Assembly (NCBI RefSeq): GCF_006345805.1
Contig: NC_043015.1
Location: forward strand, 1,426,001 to 1,490,000
Origin: Octopus sinensis
Lineage: Eukaryota
Length of the DNA stretch: 64,000 nucleotides
Direction: 5' to 3'
The position numbers and the translations under genes were made by a program. This document shows, piece after piece, positions 26,361 through 40,800 of this stretch. Below the pieces are notes generated by a model. It saw only the letters and a program-made list of their open reading frames with translations. It was not told the DNA's origin and did no database searches. How positions within the stretch are numbered: the first letter of the stretch is position 1; each line of letters starts with the position of its first letter.

Positions 26361-27232
26361 TATATATATGTATGTATGTATGTACGGTCGTATGTATGCA
26401 TTTATGTATGTATACATCTCTACGCTATATATCTACTTAAGTACAAGCGTGAGTGTGTTTGTATGTGGTTGTGTGTGTGTTCATCCGTGAGTATGTGCGT
26501 GTATGTGTGTGTGTGTGTGTTGTGTGTGTGTGTGTGTACGAGCGTGTATGTCTGAATCTGTATTGTTATGAGTGTATATGCGAATAATATAAAGGCAAAT
26601 AAACCCAAAATTTATTCAACACAATAACAGCAAAAATAGAATATAAATGCTAAAAACAAATACAGAAACATAAAATAAAAATAAAACAATTATACACTTA
26701 CACACACATTTATACACATACTTACATACACGCATATATCGCCATGTTTGTATTTGGCTCGAAGACCTAACCGGAAAAATCTTTGATCGTCAAAGAAAAT
26801 GGAGAACTTTTCATTAAAATCATATTTCGTGTTATTGTCGAATTTATATTTTTATATTTTATTCAGTTTGTGTTGTTTTTTTAAATTTTTAATAATTATA
26901 TTTATTTGTTTAATTTAGGCATTAATTTTTGTAATAATATTTCACTGTTAAAGTAGCTCTGATGTGACAATGTTTTAATCTACACTTACGCATTTACACA
27001 CAGAGAAGCCCAAACTTGCACATATAGACGTATACATACAGTACATATAAATATATATATATACATGTGTGTATATATATATATATGCACACATGCACAC
27101 AAATACACGAATACACACACACATACATACATACTCTTATATACAGATATATATATGTAATATGTAATATATGCATATATATATTATATATATATAATAT
27201 GTATATATATATATATATGTATATATAATATG

Positions 27233-27265
<33 letters not shown>

Positions 27266-27285
27266 TATTATATTATATCTATTAC

Positions 27286-27319
<34 letters not shown>

Positions 27320-27320
27320 G

Positions 27321-27368
<48 letters not shown>

Positions 27369-27799
27369 ATATATATACGTATGTATATACGAAGTCTCGG
27401 TGCGTTTCTAACAGACTGCTATAATTTCTCGAAATATAACTGTGAGAATCAACTTTGCTTTTATGAGTTTTTGTTATTTTTTTTTCATTTTTTTGTGCAA
27501 CTTTAAAGTTAGTCAAAATAAAAATGTCAGTTGTAAGATTTTCAAGACATTTTAAAATCGAAAAATTTCGTTTGGTAATTTCTTACAACAGTCATTGAAT
27601 ATTGAGTAGCGTCAAAATTACATGAATTTTCGTATTTACCATCTTTATATTGTGATGAATCGCGGCATAATTTCAAAACCATTCCGTTAAATGGTTTGGT
27701 ATTTCCCTTACACTCAAATTATTTTTTCGAAAGTGACCGTCATTTCTTGTTTTGAGTTAGCCGCTCTTCAGCCATATTTTATATAATCCTAATACTATA

Positions 27800-28298
27800 T
27801 CTATATATATAAAACTGTAGTTGTGTGAGTGTATGTCCCCTTCGATATAGATTCCTAACTACTCCCACATTTTGCGGTGCAGTTTAACCAAATTCGGGTA
27901 TCTTATAGTCGTGATTCATATCGAGCCCGTCTGAGTATTAGCACGCGTCTACGATGAGTCTAGGATTTAAAAAATAATTTAACATCATTTTTTATTCCAT
28001 TTTAATGCATAATTTTTCGTGTGTCGATGGCGGCGGAGTTGGCATCCACGGTCACACCTGCACCTGTTTGCTTCTCCCTCGTGAAGCTGTGGGGAAGGGA
28101 GTGTAAGGAAATCAACGTCGTAAAGCGTTGTCAAGGAGACCAGCGTTCTTTTAGAACAACGACTTCATGGCTTGAAGACACCAAAACAGAAATGGCTAAG
28201 AAAGCCCGAATTGGCATCTATAAGGGAAGTAACTTACTAAAAATGCCTATATAGTTATTTCCCTTACAAACCCGAGCAACGCCGGGCGATACTGCTAG
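27800..28298 (+). mobile_element. Non-autonomous Helitron
   Basis: 5' A|TCTATATATATAAAA; 3' GC-rich hairpin CCCGAGCAACGCCGGG then CTAG|T; no TSD. A homologous copy lies at 41302-41697. Confidence 0.85.
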
Positions 28299-28894
28299 TT
28301 TAATATATTATAATTAAAAGAAGTACGTTTTAACAAGTTTGGGACATATGCATAGATGAGTAGAATACACACATTAGATGTACTGGGTTGGTGCATAATT
28401 ATTATCAAAGAAGGATGTAATACGATATGTGGGATCAGGTGAAATAGGGAAATTATAATACGTACTGGTTTTCGAACGTTAGAGAAACATGTTGGCGATC
28501 AAAGGTTATGGTTTTTAATAAAGTATAAAATCATTGCATGTAGGTGTATATAATTCTCCGAATATTATTGTAATCACACAACACTTATCATCTGATATAC
28601 AAGCGAAATCTATATCATATATAGAAGTCCCCCTGAAATATAAAACATTTGTATTCTTATCTCTTCGTGTTAATGTAGCAATTCGATTCACACTACCAGC
28701 ATATTACTGTTATAAATTACTAGTATAACTTAAAAGTGGGAGGATTTGAATTGTCAATAAATACATATCAAATGCATTTGTGATTTGGGAAGAAAGAATT
28801 TATCAGACTTCTGCCGGACTCGTTACTTATTTTCCTATAATTTAATTTAATTCTTTTAGTCTTTCAAAAATGTCTACTCTTTCAAATATTCTGT

Positions 28895-29241
28895 GATGGT
28901 GGTGGTGACCCCCTTCGGTCAGACACTGACCATCGGTTTGCACCAAGAGAGTTATCCTCTGAGGCACAAGTCTGGGTAAGGTTGTTTTATGGAAGACCAG
29001 CAGTCGCCCATGCATACCGGCCTCCCCTCTCCATGTCACCGATGTTGTCCAAGGGAAAGGCAAGGGCAGATACAGCTTGGCACCTGTGACGTCCCAACTC
29101 ATTTCTACAGCTGAGTGAACTGGAGCAACGTGAAATAAAGTGTCTTGCTCAAGAACACAACACGCAGCCCGGTCTGGGATTCGAGCTCACAACCTCACGA
29201 TCGTAAGCTCGACGCTCTAACCACTGAGCCACGCGCCTTCA
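28895..29241 (-). mobile_element. SINE family B head with a different tail (type 5), with TSD
   Basis: The tRNA-like head TGGCTCAGTGG..GCTCGAATCC and TGTGTTCTTGAGCAAGACAC are shared with the 2480 copy. A 12-bp TSD CAAATATTCTGT lies at 28883-28894 and 29242-29253. Confidence 0.88.
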
Positions 29242-29574
29242 CAAATATTCTGTACGTTGTGCATAAATATATATTTCAAAGACAAGTAGGGGAAAAGCAC
29301 ACATTTTCTGATTAGCATCTTCAATACGGCACTCACTTAATTCTGGCTCAACTTCTGTTTGTTATATAGAAACTCTATATAAAAACATTTCCGGTATGTT
29401 TAAGAAATGAGTATATGTGTTCTCTGACGAGCTGTAAACAATGTATGAAAATGCTCTGTCTGAAACTGTCGTAACTTTCCCTTCCACATGGTTAGTAAAA
29501 GCTATGTGTTTTCTTAAAAAAACTTTAAAACACCTTTCATGGTTCAAAATCTTTAAATTCTTTTATCATATATA

Positions 29575-29960
29575 TTTTACTTATTTCAGCCATTAGACAG
29601 CAGCCATGCTAGGGCAGCCCTTGAATGTTTTAGTCGAATGAATCAATCCCAGGGCTAATATTTTTAAAAGCCTGGTACTTATTCTATATTCAATTTATGT
29701 TGAATCGTTAAGTTACGGGGACAGAAACACACTAATACCGGTTGTCAAATGGTGGTGGAGGGACAAACACACACACAAACACACACACACATACGACAGT
29801 CTTCTTTCACTTTCCGTCCGTCTAGCAAATCCACTTAGAAGGATTTGGTCGGCTCGAAGTTATAGTAAAAGACCCTTGCCGAAAGTGACACGAAGCTTGA
29901 TTGAACCGGAATCCATGTTGTTGGGAAGTAATCTTCTTCCCACAGAGCCACGCCTGCACC
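29575..29960 (-). mobile_element. SINE family D, diverged
   Basis: Reverse-complement similarity to 32162-32562 across tail, (CA)n and head. Confidence 0.75.
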
Positions 29961-30877
29961 TAATATTTTATATGTATCTCAGTTCTTCTTATTGGTGGTC
30001 TGTTGGGCATAAATATTTGTTATTTAATTTATTTGATAACAAACATATACACAGTTTTCACCAAAATGTCCAGTCCTTATTGCAGTGCGGAAGCTCGTAT
30101 GTCGCACTGACCGTTGGAGCTATGGCAACGGAGGGCGAGCTACTACTAGTGCGTCCCATGCATGACAGTTCAGAGGATAGAGGCCAGACTAATATGGGCC
30201 AACTCTCTCCTGAGGTAAAAATGTCCTCATATAGGCTCAGCTCCGGTTCTCAGAACATAAATGTATAGAAGCATTGGTGACAATCCAAAACCAAACAGAC
30301 CTGAGCGGGGAAGACCTACCATCAGAGAAAATATGACATGGTACTGTACAATTCGGAATTAAACAACATCCTACATTGCACATCAGAATTGAAAATAGAA
30401 CCGACAAGACGACCAGAACAGAGGATGTACTGAAACTGTTTGTAAACATGATAATGAGGCAGAGCTGAAAAAGCAACGATTCTATTCAACAGAAGCAGAA
30501 AAGCCAGCTCATGTCGAGAACGGCGGGTAAAAGTCGTCGATCACCTTTGCTCCATCGGGAACAAACGCTTCAATAGTTATATAACGAATTCCTTTTGGTT
30601 ACGAATGACCATGGGATTGCATCTAGAAAATTTGCCTCCGTGCCGCAAGTAGAGACAAAGTCTAATATATCTTGGCACCAGTGACGTCACAACTCATATA
30701 CAATGCATACAGTTGAGTGAACTTCATTAATGTGAAATAAAGAGACTTTCTCCAGAACAACCCCCCCCGGTCCGGATACGAACCCGATTCTGTAACCTCT
30801 GACCCCGATGCCGTAACCCCTTAGCACTCTATATATTATACACTAACTGTGTAGGATTGCATATATTATAAACTAAT

Positions 30878-31108
30878 AAGGCGGTGAGCTGGCAGAAACG
30901 TTAGCACGCCGGGCGAGATGCGTAGCCGTATTTCGTATGTTGTTAAGTTCCGAGTTCAAATTCCACCGGGGTCGACTTTGCCTTTCATCCTTTCGGGGTC
31001 GATAAATTAAGTACCAGTTAATCAATGGGGGCGATGTAACCAACTTAATCCCTTTGTCGGTTCTTGTTTGTCCCCTCTGTGTTTAGCCTCTTGTGGGTAG
31101 TAAATAAA
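30878..31108 (+). mobile_element. SINE family A, single-body form
   Basis: Close match to 5768-5998. Confidence 0.87.
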
Positions 31109-31971
31109 TATATATTATACGCTAACTATATATAGTCTCTTTATTTTAACCAATTTCTATTTGATTTATTTAACCTCTGAATATAAGGTCACTTCAGTGA
31201 CGTAAATTTGCATGTACATCACTTCCTACGAAAGCTCAACAAACTGCGACGTCTTGCTATCGGCTGTCTTAGTCATTTTTTTTTTTCTTTTTGCCTGTGT
31301 TTCAACTGAATAGCTCGATATTATTTACACATTCATGACTTCCTCACGAAGCTAAAACCGCGCATGCACAAACTCGCATATACATATATGACTATACTTG
31401 ATTTTATATTTTGAGTATTTGCTACTTCGGTACAATATTTTTCCAATTAAGTCTAACTGAAAATTGAGAAATTACTAAATGGTTTTTTTCTGACGTTGTT
31501 CTTGAATTAATGCTCTCGTTTCATTTTCGAATCGAAGCATATATCTTAACAGAAATAGAAGACTTAAAATCTCAATGCATTTCTGAATAAAATGCATGAA
31601 CTCAGGCGACTAGTGTTGTATGAAAGCGACTAATTTTCAAGCTTTATATTACGTACGTTCATTGAGGCCGACTCGTACACTTTGCATTCTCCATCAACAA
31701 AATCTACGCGAAAATTTATATGGGATGTTGAGCATTCTTCCTTAACTTTTAAGAAATTCGTATAAAATTCAGGCAACACTTGTGGTCGAATCATCTATTA
31801 ATGGAAACGAAGTTCTTGATATTACCTACAGTATACGGTCCAAGACGTATTTAATGTTATAAAAATCTCCCGGAAATTTGCCATAGTTCCAAATTTTCTT
31901 AGATGTTAACATTATCCGGAAATTCCGCTGTGTGCACTTATATACGCCCCAAAATCATAGATTTCATTTAC

Positions 31972-32150
31972 AAGGCGGAGAGCTGGCTGAATCAATAGCA
32001 CGCTGAGCAGAATGCTTAGCGGTATGTCCGTCCGCACGTTCTGAGTTCAAATTCCACTGTGTTCGACTTTGCCATTTATTCTCTCGGAAGTCGATAAATG
32101 AAGTACCAGTGACACAGTGGGGATCCATGTGATCGACTTGTATCCTTCCT
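31972..32150 (+). mobile_element. SINE family A, diverged
   Basis: AAGGCGGAGAGCTGGCTGAATC..GAGTTCAAATTCC..GTCGATAAATGAAGTACCAG. Confidence 0.8.
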
Positions 32151-32161
32151 CTAAATATATA

Positions 32162-32562
32162 GACGTAGGAGTGGCTCTGTGGTAAGTAGCTTGCTTACCA
32201 ACCACATGGTTCAGAGTCCAGTCCCACTGCATGGCACCTTCGACAAGTGTCTTCTACTATACCCTCAGGCCGACCAAAGCATTGTGAGCAGATTTGGTAG
32301 ACGGAAACCGAAAGAAGCCCGTCGTATACATGTATATATGTGTGTGTGTGTTTGTGTGTCTGCGATTTTCCCCCCAACATCTTTTGACAACCGATGCAGG
32401 TGTGTTTAAGTTCCCGTAACTTAGCAGTTCGGCAAAATAGACCGATAGAATAAGTACTAGGCTTACTAAGAATAAGGCCTGGTGTCGATTTGCTCGACTA
32501 AATGCGGTACTTCAGCAAGGCCGCAGTCAAATGACTGAAACAAGTAAAAGAGTAAAAGAGTA
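32162..32562 (+). mobile_element. SINE family D, full length
   Basis: Head, CORE-like GGCACCTTCGACAAGTGTCTTC, internal (TG)n, and tail ending GTAAAAGAGTAAAAGAG. Confidence 0.88.
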
Positions 32563-32887
32563 ATTTATAGGTTATAGCTGTGTATACAGGCCTGGAAAGG
32601 GTGAGAACATTTGTGATCAAACTAGAAGGATACGGTGAGTGTTATCAAAATATCAATTATAAGATGAAATTTAAAAAGAAAAATTAATTGATATTTTAAT
32701 GCATGCCAAATATGATTCACGCAAAACATAGGGAGACATAAAAGCTTTCAGTGACATCTTTGTTCTTCAAGTATATGTATGCGTCTAAACATAATTATCA
32801 ATGTTTGAACATATAAATGTATATATGTATATGTATGACGGTGGTATCTTTTTATGTATGAGAGGTTGCGCGTGTGTGCTCCTGTGG

Positions 32888-32988
32888 ATGTATGAGTATA
32901 GGGTCGTGTATGTATGTGTCATTGTGTGATTCAGCATGTCTATGCAAATACACACATACATATTTATATGAATGTAGGTACGAATATA

Positions 32989-33055
<67 letters not shown>

Positions 33056-33196
33056 TATATATTTATATATACAAATATATATATAATATAATATATATAA
33101 GATATATAACATTATATATATATATCATATATATATATCTATATATATATATATATATATAATATAGATATATATATATATATATATATCTATTTG

Positions 33197-33228
<32 letters not shown>

Positions 33229-33422
33229 GTAGGTCCCGGTTTATTCTGGGTTAACCACATAAATAAGGTACTCACTTATATATATATCTATATATATATA
33301 TATATATGTATATTATATATACATATATATATCGTACCTACATTCATATAAATATGTATGTGTGTATTTGCATAGACATGCTGAATCACACAATGACACA
33401 TCACGACCCTATACTCATACAT
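32888..33422. repeat. Inverted duplication with ~90-bp near-identical arms around a (TA)n-rich spacer
   Basis: 32888-32983 is the reverse complement of 33332-33422 apart from one 5-nt indel. Confidence 0.92.
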
Positions 33423-33697
33423 ATATACTCATACCCTATACTCATATATATATATATATATGAATACTATACATGTAACACATCTATTTTAAAATTGTTT
33501 TATGTGTATATGTAAGTATAGAAATATACTTTAGTACATGTATATGCGCGTAGATTTAGATATGTATATAGGTATTATACATGAATATGTGTATATATAT
33601 ATGAGCGTGGGTGTGTTGTGTTGTGCACCTGCGTCTATGAGAATATGTTTGTGGTGCTTTGCAGATATGTACATGTATATATATATATATATATATA

Positions 33698-33764
<67 letters not shown>

Positions 33765-33777
33765 ATGTGTGGTGAAG

Positions 33778-33822
<45 letters not shown>

Positions 33823-33848
33823 TATAGATAGATAGATAGATAGATAGA

Positions 33849-33882
<34 letters not shown>

Positions 33883-34555
33883 GATAGATAGATATAGATA
33901 GATAACATACAGGAATGCACATAGACAGCTAAATATTGGTACATCAGTTCATAGATTGTTTCTGATGCGCGCGTGAGATGTCAGTCTCATCAAGTATTCT
34001 GATGTGTGTTTATATGTACATGTGTATACTTCAGTGTTTTAATTGAAGAATCATTCTATAGGGAAAACAAATAGCTTGGGTTTCAATCAATGCGTGAATA
34101 TATCTGTGAAGTATTTACAATTGAAAAATCATTTACCTAATTACATTCATAGCCACGTAGCTGTATTTTTATGACATTGCTGCTTTCCCTGTAAACAGTG
34201 CGTCAGATACGTGATAAAAATACATGTGACAATATGAATCTATATAAATATATCAATCTATATGCTGTTTCGATATAAAAATATCAATTCTGCACAAACG
34301 ATCAGACGGCGCTGCACACGTTAACACAAAACCGACATCGACACACGTCCACGCGAACACACAAACGCACTAGCTCATACGCATGCTCACATATAAACAA
34401 AAACCCCCACACACACACCAGCACACATACACTAGTACAAATCGAAATGCAAGAATAGAGCATTCACACACGGCATATATATTTATATATATATGTATAA
34501 TTATATATATATATATAATATATATATATAATATAGTATATATATATATATATAC

Positions 34556-34586
<31 letters not shown>

Positions 34587-35320
34587 TATATATATATAAT
34601 ATATACATATATATATGTATATACATATTTAATCTGTCCGGTCTGTATGTGTAGGTATATATGCAAGTATATTACGCATGACGTATATATACAGAAGGAA
34701 GGCTTATATTCATATATTCGTTTTCATAAGCGTACTCGCGTGCCTCTGTGCATATACCTGGTTTATAGTAGTAGGCTACGGCCAGGCTGGCATTACTTCA
34801 GCGTATTATTTATCGCTAATTATAGAAAACATACGCCACGGGACATGTATGGACTCCACAACAATTGCACACACGCACAACACACACACATATCTGTTTA
34901 CATATACACACATACGTGTGTGTATATACATGTAAGTATGTGTATATATATATATATTATATATGTGTGTGTGTATAGATATAGTTATATATATATATAT
35001 ATAATATATATATTATATATCTATATTATATATATATATATATATAATACTATGTATATATGTATATATATCTATATATGACATTATATATAAGGGCTTA
35101 GTAAAATAAATTACTTTGCCACATACTGAACTCATTAGAAATAGCAGCTAAAGAAATTTCTTCAGCTATTTCTAATACCTAAAGAAGATCTCTCTCAGAT
35201 AGTGTTTGCCTAAACTAACTCACAAAAGTATGGGGGAAAAAACATTAAAAAATCAAGTGCAAAGGTTATTTGAGTATATCTATATATGTATATATCTGTG
35301 TATATACATATATTTTTCTT

Positions 35321-35362
<42 letters not shown>

Positions 35363-35641
35363 CATACATAAACTTATGTTTATATGTATATATATATGTG
35401 TGTGTATGTGTGTCTGTGTGTATGTATGTATATTTTTTAAATAAATAAATAAACACACACAAATGTATACGTACATATACCTATACATATACATATATGA
35501 GTTAGTGTATGTGTGTCTGTGTGTGTATGTGACTGTGCATATACAGTCGCACGAACATACCTGCGCACATACATACATACACACAACACACACGCAACCG
35601 TACACACACATCTGCATATATGTACACATATACATGCATAC

Positions 35642-35683
<42 letters not shown>

Positions 35684-36013
35684 GTATGCGTGTGTATGTA
35701 TGTATGTATATATGTATGGATACTGCGAGAGAGAGGAAGCAGGTTGCGTGCTATCTAACATGATTTATTTCAAAAAAGACGTGATGAGATACATATTGAT
35801 GTCCAATACATATATTGTAATTTGATTGTAAATAATCATTAAATATAACTCTATATAAACATGCATATAATGCATATACATCACTTTTCATGTACCTATA
35901 TAAGCACGTAACCGCTTATATCACTACAGAGATGTATATAATATTTGTGAGTGTGTTTTGTGGGATGTATGTGTGGTGTGTGTGTTTGACCACACATACA
36001 CTCACACACCACA

Positions 36014-36052
<39 letters not shown>

Positions 36053-36098
36053 TATATATATAATATATATATATATATTATATATACATATGTATATA

Positions 36099-36406
36099 TG
36101 GTGACACAATGGCCCAGTGGTTAGGGCAGCGAAATCGCGGCTGTAGGATCGCGGTTTCGATTCCCAGACCGGGCGTTCTGAGTGTTTCTTGAGCGAATAC
36201 ACCTAAAGTTCCACGAGGCTCCGGCAGGAGATGGTGGCGATCCCTGCTGTACTCTTTCGCCTGTACAACTTTCTCTCACTCTTTCTTCTGTTTGCCTGCT
36301 CGCTTAGCCAGCGGGGTGGCGTCATATGAAGGCTAAAACAATGCGAAGCGCATTGTGACCAGCGATGTGTAGTAACATCTGATAGCCTGGTCGATCACGG
36401 TGATCA
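36099..36406 (+). mobile_element. SINE family C with tail type 3
   Basis: Head and centre match the reverse complement of 12770-12951. From ~36290 there is a different 3' module (GCCTGCTCGCTTAGCCAGCGGGGTGGCG..GATCACGGTGATC). Confidence 0.85.
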
Positions 36407-36484
36407 TGCTGGTATATTTGTATATATTTCTTTTATTCTTTTACACATATGTATATATCTATTATCTATTCTTAATATTATATA

Positions 36485-36553
<69 letters not shown>

Positions 36554-38458
36554 TTAATGTGTCATAATACATACGTATGTGTGTGTGTGTGTGTTTTGTG
36601 TTTTTTGTCCTAGATGAACCAATTTCAAGGCAGATATTAAAATAGCGTCTGCAATATCGAATACCTTCCTTCACCAAAAGCCAGTCACAGAGTATTGACC
36701 ATTAAAGAAGTGAATACCCTGGTAGTACCCCAACATGGCTACAGCCTTAGAGTGGAAATTTGTAAAAGAATACAAGTATACATATCAGTAATATTAAGAC
36801 GCTAACGTTTTGTTCTTGTATGTACCTGTTGTGTGCGTCACTCTTACTTCAAAGAAGTGGCGAAGTGAGAGAGAGGAGGACAGAGAGGAAGTAAGAAAGA
36901 GAGAGAGGAGTGTGGTGTAAAAGAGAAAGGGAGATTGAGACAGAAAGTGAGGGAGTGAGAGAGAAAGAGAGAGTAGTGGAAGAAACAGTGAGTGGTGACG
37001 ACGTTCGTTTTGTGTTTTTAAATGTTTATCATATCGCAAGAGACGTAGACACATAAATACATATACACATTTTAAATTTAAAAGCGGGAGAGAAGAGAGA
37101 CACAAAGGAAGTGAAACAGAAGAGAGAAAGTGAGAGAGACAGTAGATACATAAATCCAAAGAAAAGTTCATATGTAGATGCATACACACAACAAATATTT
37201 GATGTCAATTTCAATTTTCCTTAACACACGAGGATAAAATTAACTCACAAATGGCTGAGAAATCCACATATATGCACAACCTCAAAGTAATTCTCAGGGA
37301 GATTCAACCTCACACAGAATATGACAAGGCTGCCCCCCTTGAATTACAAGTACAACTCGAGACATATATATATATGAATGTATTTGTGTGTGGATAATTT
37401 AAGCTTTTCTAAACATGTTTGCAAAAATAAGTATCACGTGGTGGAAATAAACGCCAGTAACAAAGTTTCATTCATGAATCCGTTTATTATTTCGTTCTTT
37501 TGCATTGTATTTTAAGGTTAAATAGTAATTCCGTTTACGTTTGTGTAACTAAGATATTTTGTTTGAATTATATAGCCGCTGTTGTTTCTGTACTTTTTAT
37601 ATTCTGTATCTGTCACAATATACTTCAAGGCCCGAATATTTTGTGAGAAGTGGCCAATTGATTAATCGACCAAAGTATGCAACTCATACTTAATTCATCG
37701 ATCTCGAAAGGACGAAATGCGAAGTCGATATCGGCAGAATTTGAAATCAAAACGCAATGACAGATGGTCATAATATACAAACATATCTGTTTACAGATGC
37801 TTACATTTATTATACTTCACGCGAATTTTTCACGGGTCCAGCTAATATATATAAATATAGATACATATATACATACTGCGTGGTCGGGCTAGATTTGACA
37901 GATTGCATAAAATGAAAGTAAACTATTATTTTGATATCCGACGCGAAACCTCATTATACAGGTGGCTTTTTCTCAATATTCAAATGGCTTTTCGACTCCA
38001 TGTCAGCCAACTAGTTCCCAACTACAACTATAATATCTATAGATCAATGCCGCAGACTCTTCATCAATAGATCTAGGTGTTCATGAAAAACAAATAAAAA
38101 TAAAAGGAAAAATGTCAAAAGTTTCACAAAACGCTTGTATATATATATATATAATATATTATATATATATATATATTATATAATAAATCTTGGTTTGCTT
38201 GGCATCTGCTTCTAGTTCCTGAAACTCACATCTACAACTTTATCGGTATATTTACACTCTCTAAGATGTTACTAATTGATTTGAGAACTTTACATTATTG
38301 GAAAACCTATATGAAATTAGCTGAAGATTACTTGACATATTATATTTGCAGCTTTAATAATTGTTATAGAATGAAACAATTGTACAACTTACCGGATCCA
38401 TTCTTGTTGCTTATTTTTTGGTATATATATATATATCTATATATATATATATATATAT

Positions 38459-39062
38459 GATGGGTAAATTGTCGACATTTCATATTTTTTATTTCACGTA
38501 TTCGCATTGTTTATTTTTCATTTTGTCGACTACAGAATATAGAGGAATTAGTTGGACACAGTCTGTGAGAAAAACAGCACCATAACAAAATTCACTCTAC
38601 CAGAAACATTGAGACGTCAATATTGCTTGGTATTGGCACCGGAAACTCCAGCAGAAACATTTCAGAGTGTTTAGGTGTGAGTCTGAGGACATGTACCGAG
38701 AACGATAAAAATCAAACATCATGTCAACATCATGGTGCTTGGAGTGATCACTAGTGATAGCGACGTTATTCCTCCATTCAACTTCGCGCACGACCTCAGA
38801 CTTAACACGGAAGCCTACATCAAGTGTCTGGAAAAAGTTGTGCTGCCCTGTATCAAGAGGGTGCCTGGTGGAAGACACTGTGTCGGACAACAAGACTCTG
38901 CGCCAAACCACTCAAGCAGGAGGATGCAGTCATCACAGTCACACCATTTTTGCGACCACATTACCTCTAACATCTGAGCACTTTAATCTGCAGACTGCAA
39001 CCACCTTCATAATTGTGTGGAGAGAAGTTGAGTGAGAGACCAACAAAACTCCTTGTAAGACC
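38459..39062 (+). mobile_element. Internally deleted maT/DD37D-type mariner transposon remnant
   Basis: KIKHHVNIMVLGVITSDSDVIPP..LNTEAYIKCLEKVVLPCI..QQDSAPNH..NI*, then after a frameshift SADCNHLHNCVW, a decayed SPDCNPLD motif. About 37 residues separate the 2nd and 3rd catalytic positions. Confidence 0.75.
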
Positions 39063-40129
39063 ATCCATCCAACCAGCCAGCCAGCCAGCCAGCTATCCAG
39101 CCAGCCAGCACTCACTCACTCACTCACTCAATGAATGAATGACTGAATCAATCAATCAATCTTTCTTCGCGACTCTGCATATATCAAAACTTCACCTGTC
39201 TCTCTTAGTTAAATCCTGTCACATTTTGCCCTTCAACACTACTTACAACTGACCCCAAATAACCCAACAAATAATTATAAAACGGTATGAAATATTGTGT
39301 AAGTCACATTGCAGAGGTTTGTCTGCGCGCGCGTGTGTGCATGTATGTACGTACGTATATATGTATGTACGTACGTATATATGTATGTACGTATGCACGT
39401 ATGTTAATTTCTCTTTTTGAATTAGTGTAAATTGAAGGAGAGAATTTACTTTTAACAGCCATCGTCTAAATCTGTATGTATTCATGTACGTATGCATGTA
39501 TGCATGTATGCACGCATGTATATGTGTATGTAGTCAGGTAAGTGCGTATGTATTACTGTATGTATGTATGCATTTCTGTTATTGTATTTTCGTATTTTGA
39601 TAATTTAGGAAGGGTTTTTAGCTACTTTCGTGGGGTACAAGTCGGGTATTATATTCCATTGCCGTTTTTATAATTTTTCTTCAAGAATTATATTTATTTA
39701 ATGTTTTCGTTTTTTATTCTTTACTCTTCTCCATTTTCCATCTCTTATTTACTTCCTTATTTTTATTTTTCCTTCTTTCTTCTTCTTTTTTTTTTTTTTT
39801 TTGAGGTCGTATTTCGGGGGTACTTGCGGTGCATCAATTACGCCCATGATTATTTCGATTGCGTACAGAGATCTGGGACATAGAGGAAATTGCTTAGGTG
39901 AACATAGAAAAGGCTAACAATGGCAATAAAACATAATTGTACACCATATTCAGCGATTTTTTCCACATAATTTCCTCTTGACGACCACAGTATTAAAAAG
40001 TGGAAACAAAACACAAAAAATGAATTATAAAAAGCGAAATGAAAAAAAATAGTGTGCAAAAAAAATTTGATCGGATAAAAAGAAAGAAAAATAAATATAT
40101 AACTACTGCTAATATGAATACTAAGAACG

Positions 40130-40160
40130 ATGACTACTACTACCATTACTACTACTACTG

Positions 40161-40203
<43 letters not shown>

Positions 40204-40515
40204 AACTACGAATATTGCTGCTACTGTTATGCTGCTGCTGTTGCTGCCACAAATGATAAGAATAATAATGACGGTGATGATAATAACCATTGCGATAATA
40301 ATTATAGCAACAAAAGTAATAATAACAATGATGATAATGTTGATTATGATGATGATGAGCATGATGAGGATGATGATGAGGAGGAGGAGGAGGAGAAGGG
40401 GAGGAGGAAGAATGGTGATCATGAGGAGGAGGAGAGAGAATGATGATGATGATGATGGGGAGGAGGATGACGGTGATGATGATGACGCGAATATGAGGAG
40501 ATTAATAATAATAAC

Positions 40516-40555
<40 letters not shown>

Positions 40556-40800
40556 GTGATAATACTAATAATGATAATAATAAAAATAACAATAATAATA
40601 ATAAAAATGATGATGATGATGATAATAATAATACTAATAAAAAAAAAAAATAATAATGATGATGATGATGATGACAATAATAGACGATGACGACGACGAC
40701 GACGATGATGATGGTGGTGGTGGTGGTGGTGGTGGTGGTGGCGTTGGTGGTGGTGGTGGTGGTGATGGTGATGATGACGATGATGATGAAAATAGCAACA
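40130..40800. repeat. Mosaic trinucleotide low-complexity tract (CTA/GAT/GAG/AAT/GTG)
   Basis: Directly visible; explains the homopolymeric ORFs at 39850-40902. Confidence 0.9.

Noticed and set aside
30070-30600. Complex purine-rich sequence and ORF 29876-30268
   Set aside because: The ORF starts within a SINE and shows no motif. It may be an old LINE 5' region, but I cannot support a call.
35134-35176. 12-bp stem ATTAGAAATAGC/GCTATTTCTAAT
   Set aside because: Too short for a pre-miRNA, and one arm resembles a common repeat motif.
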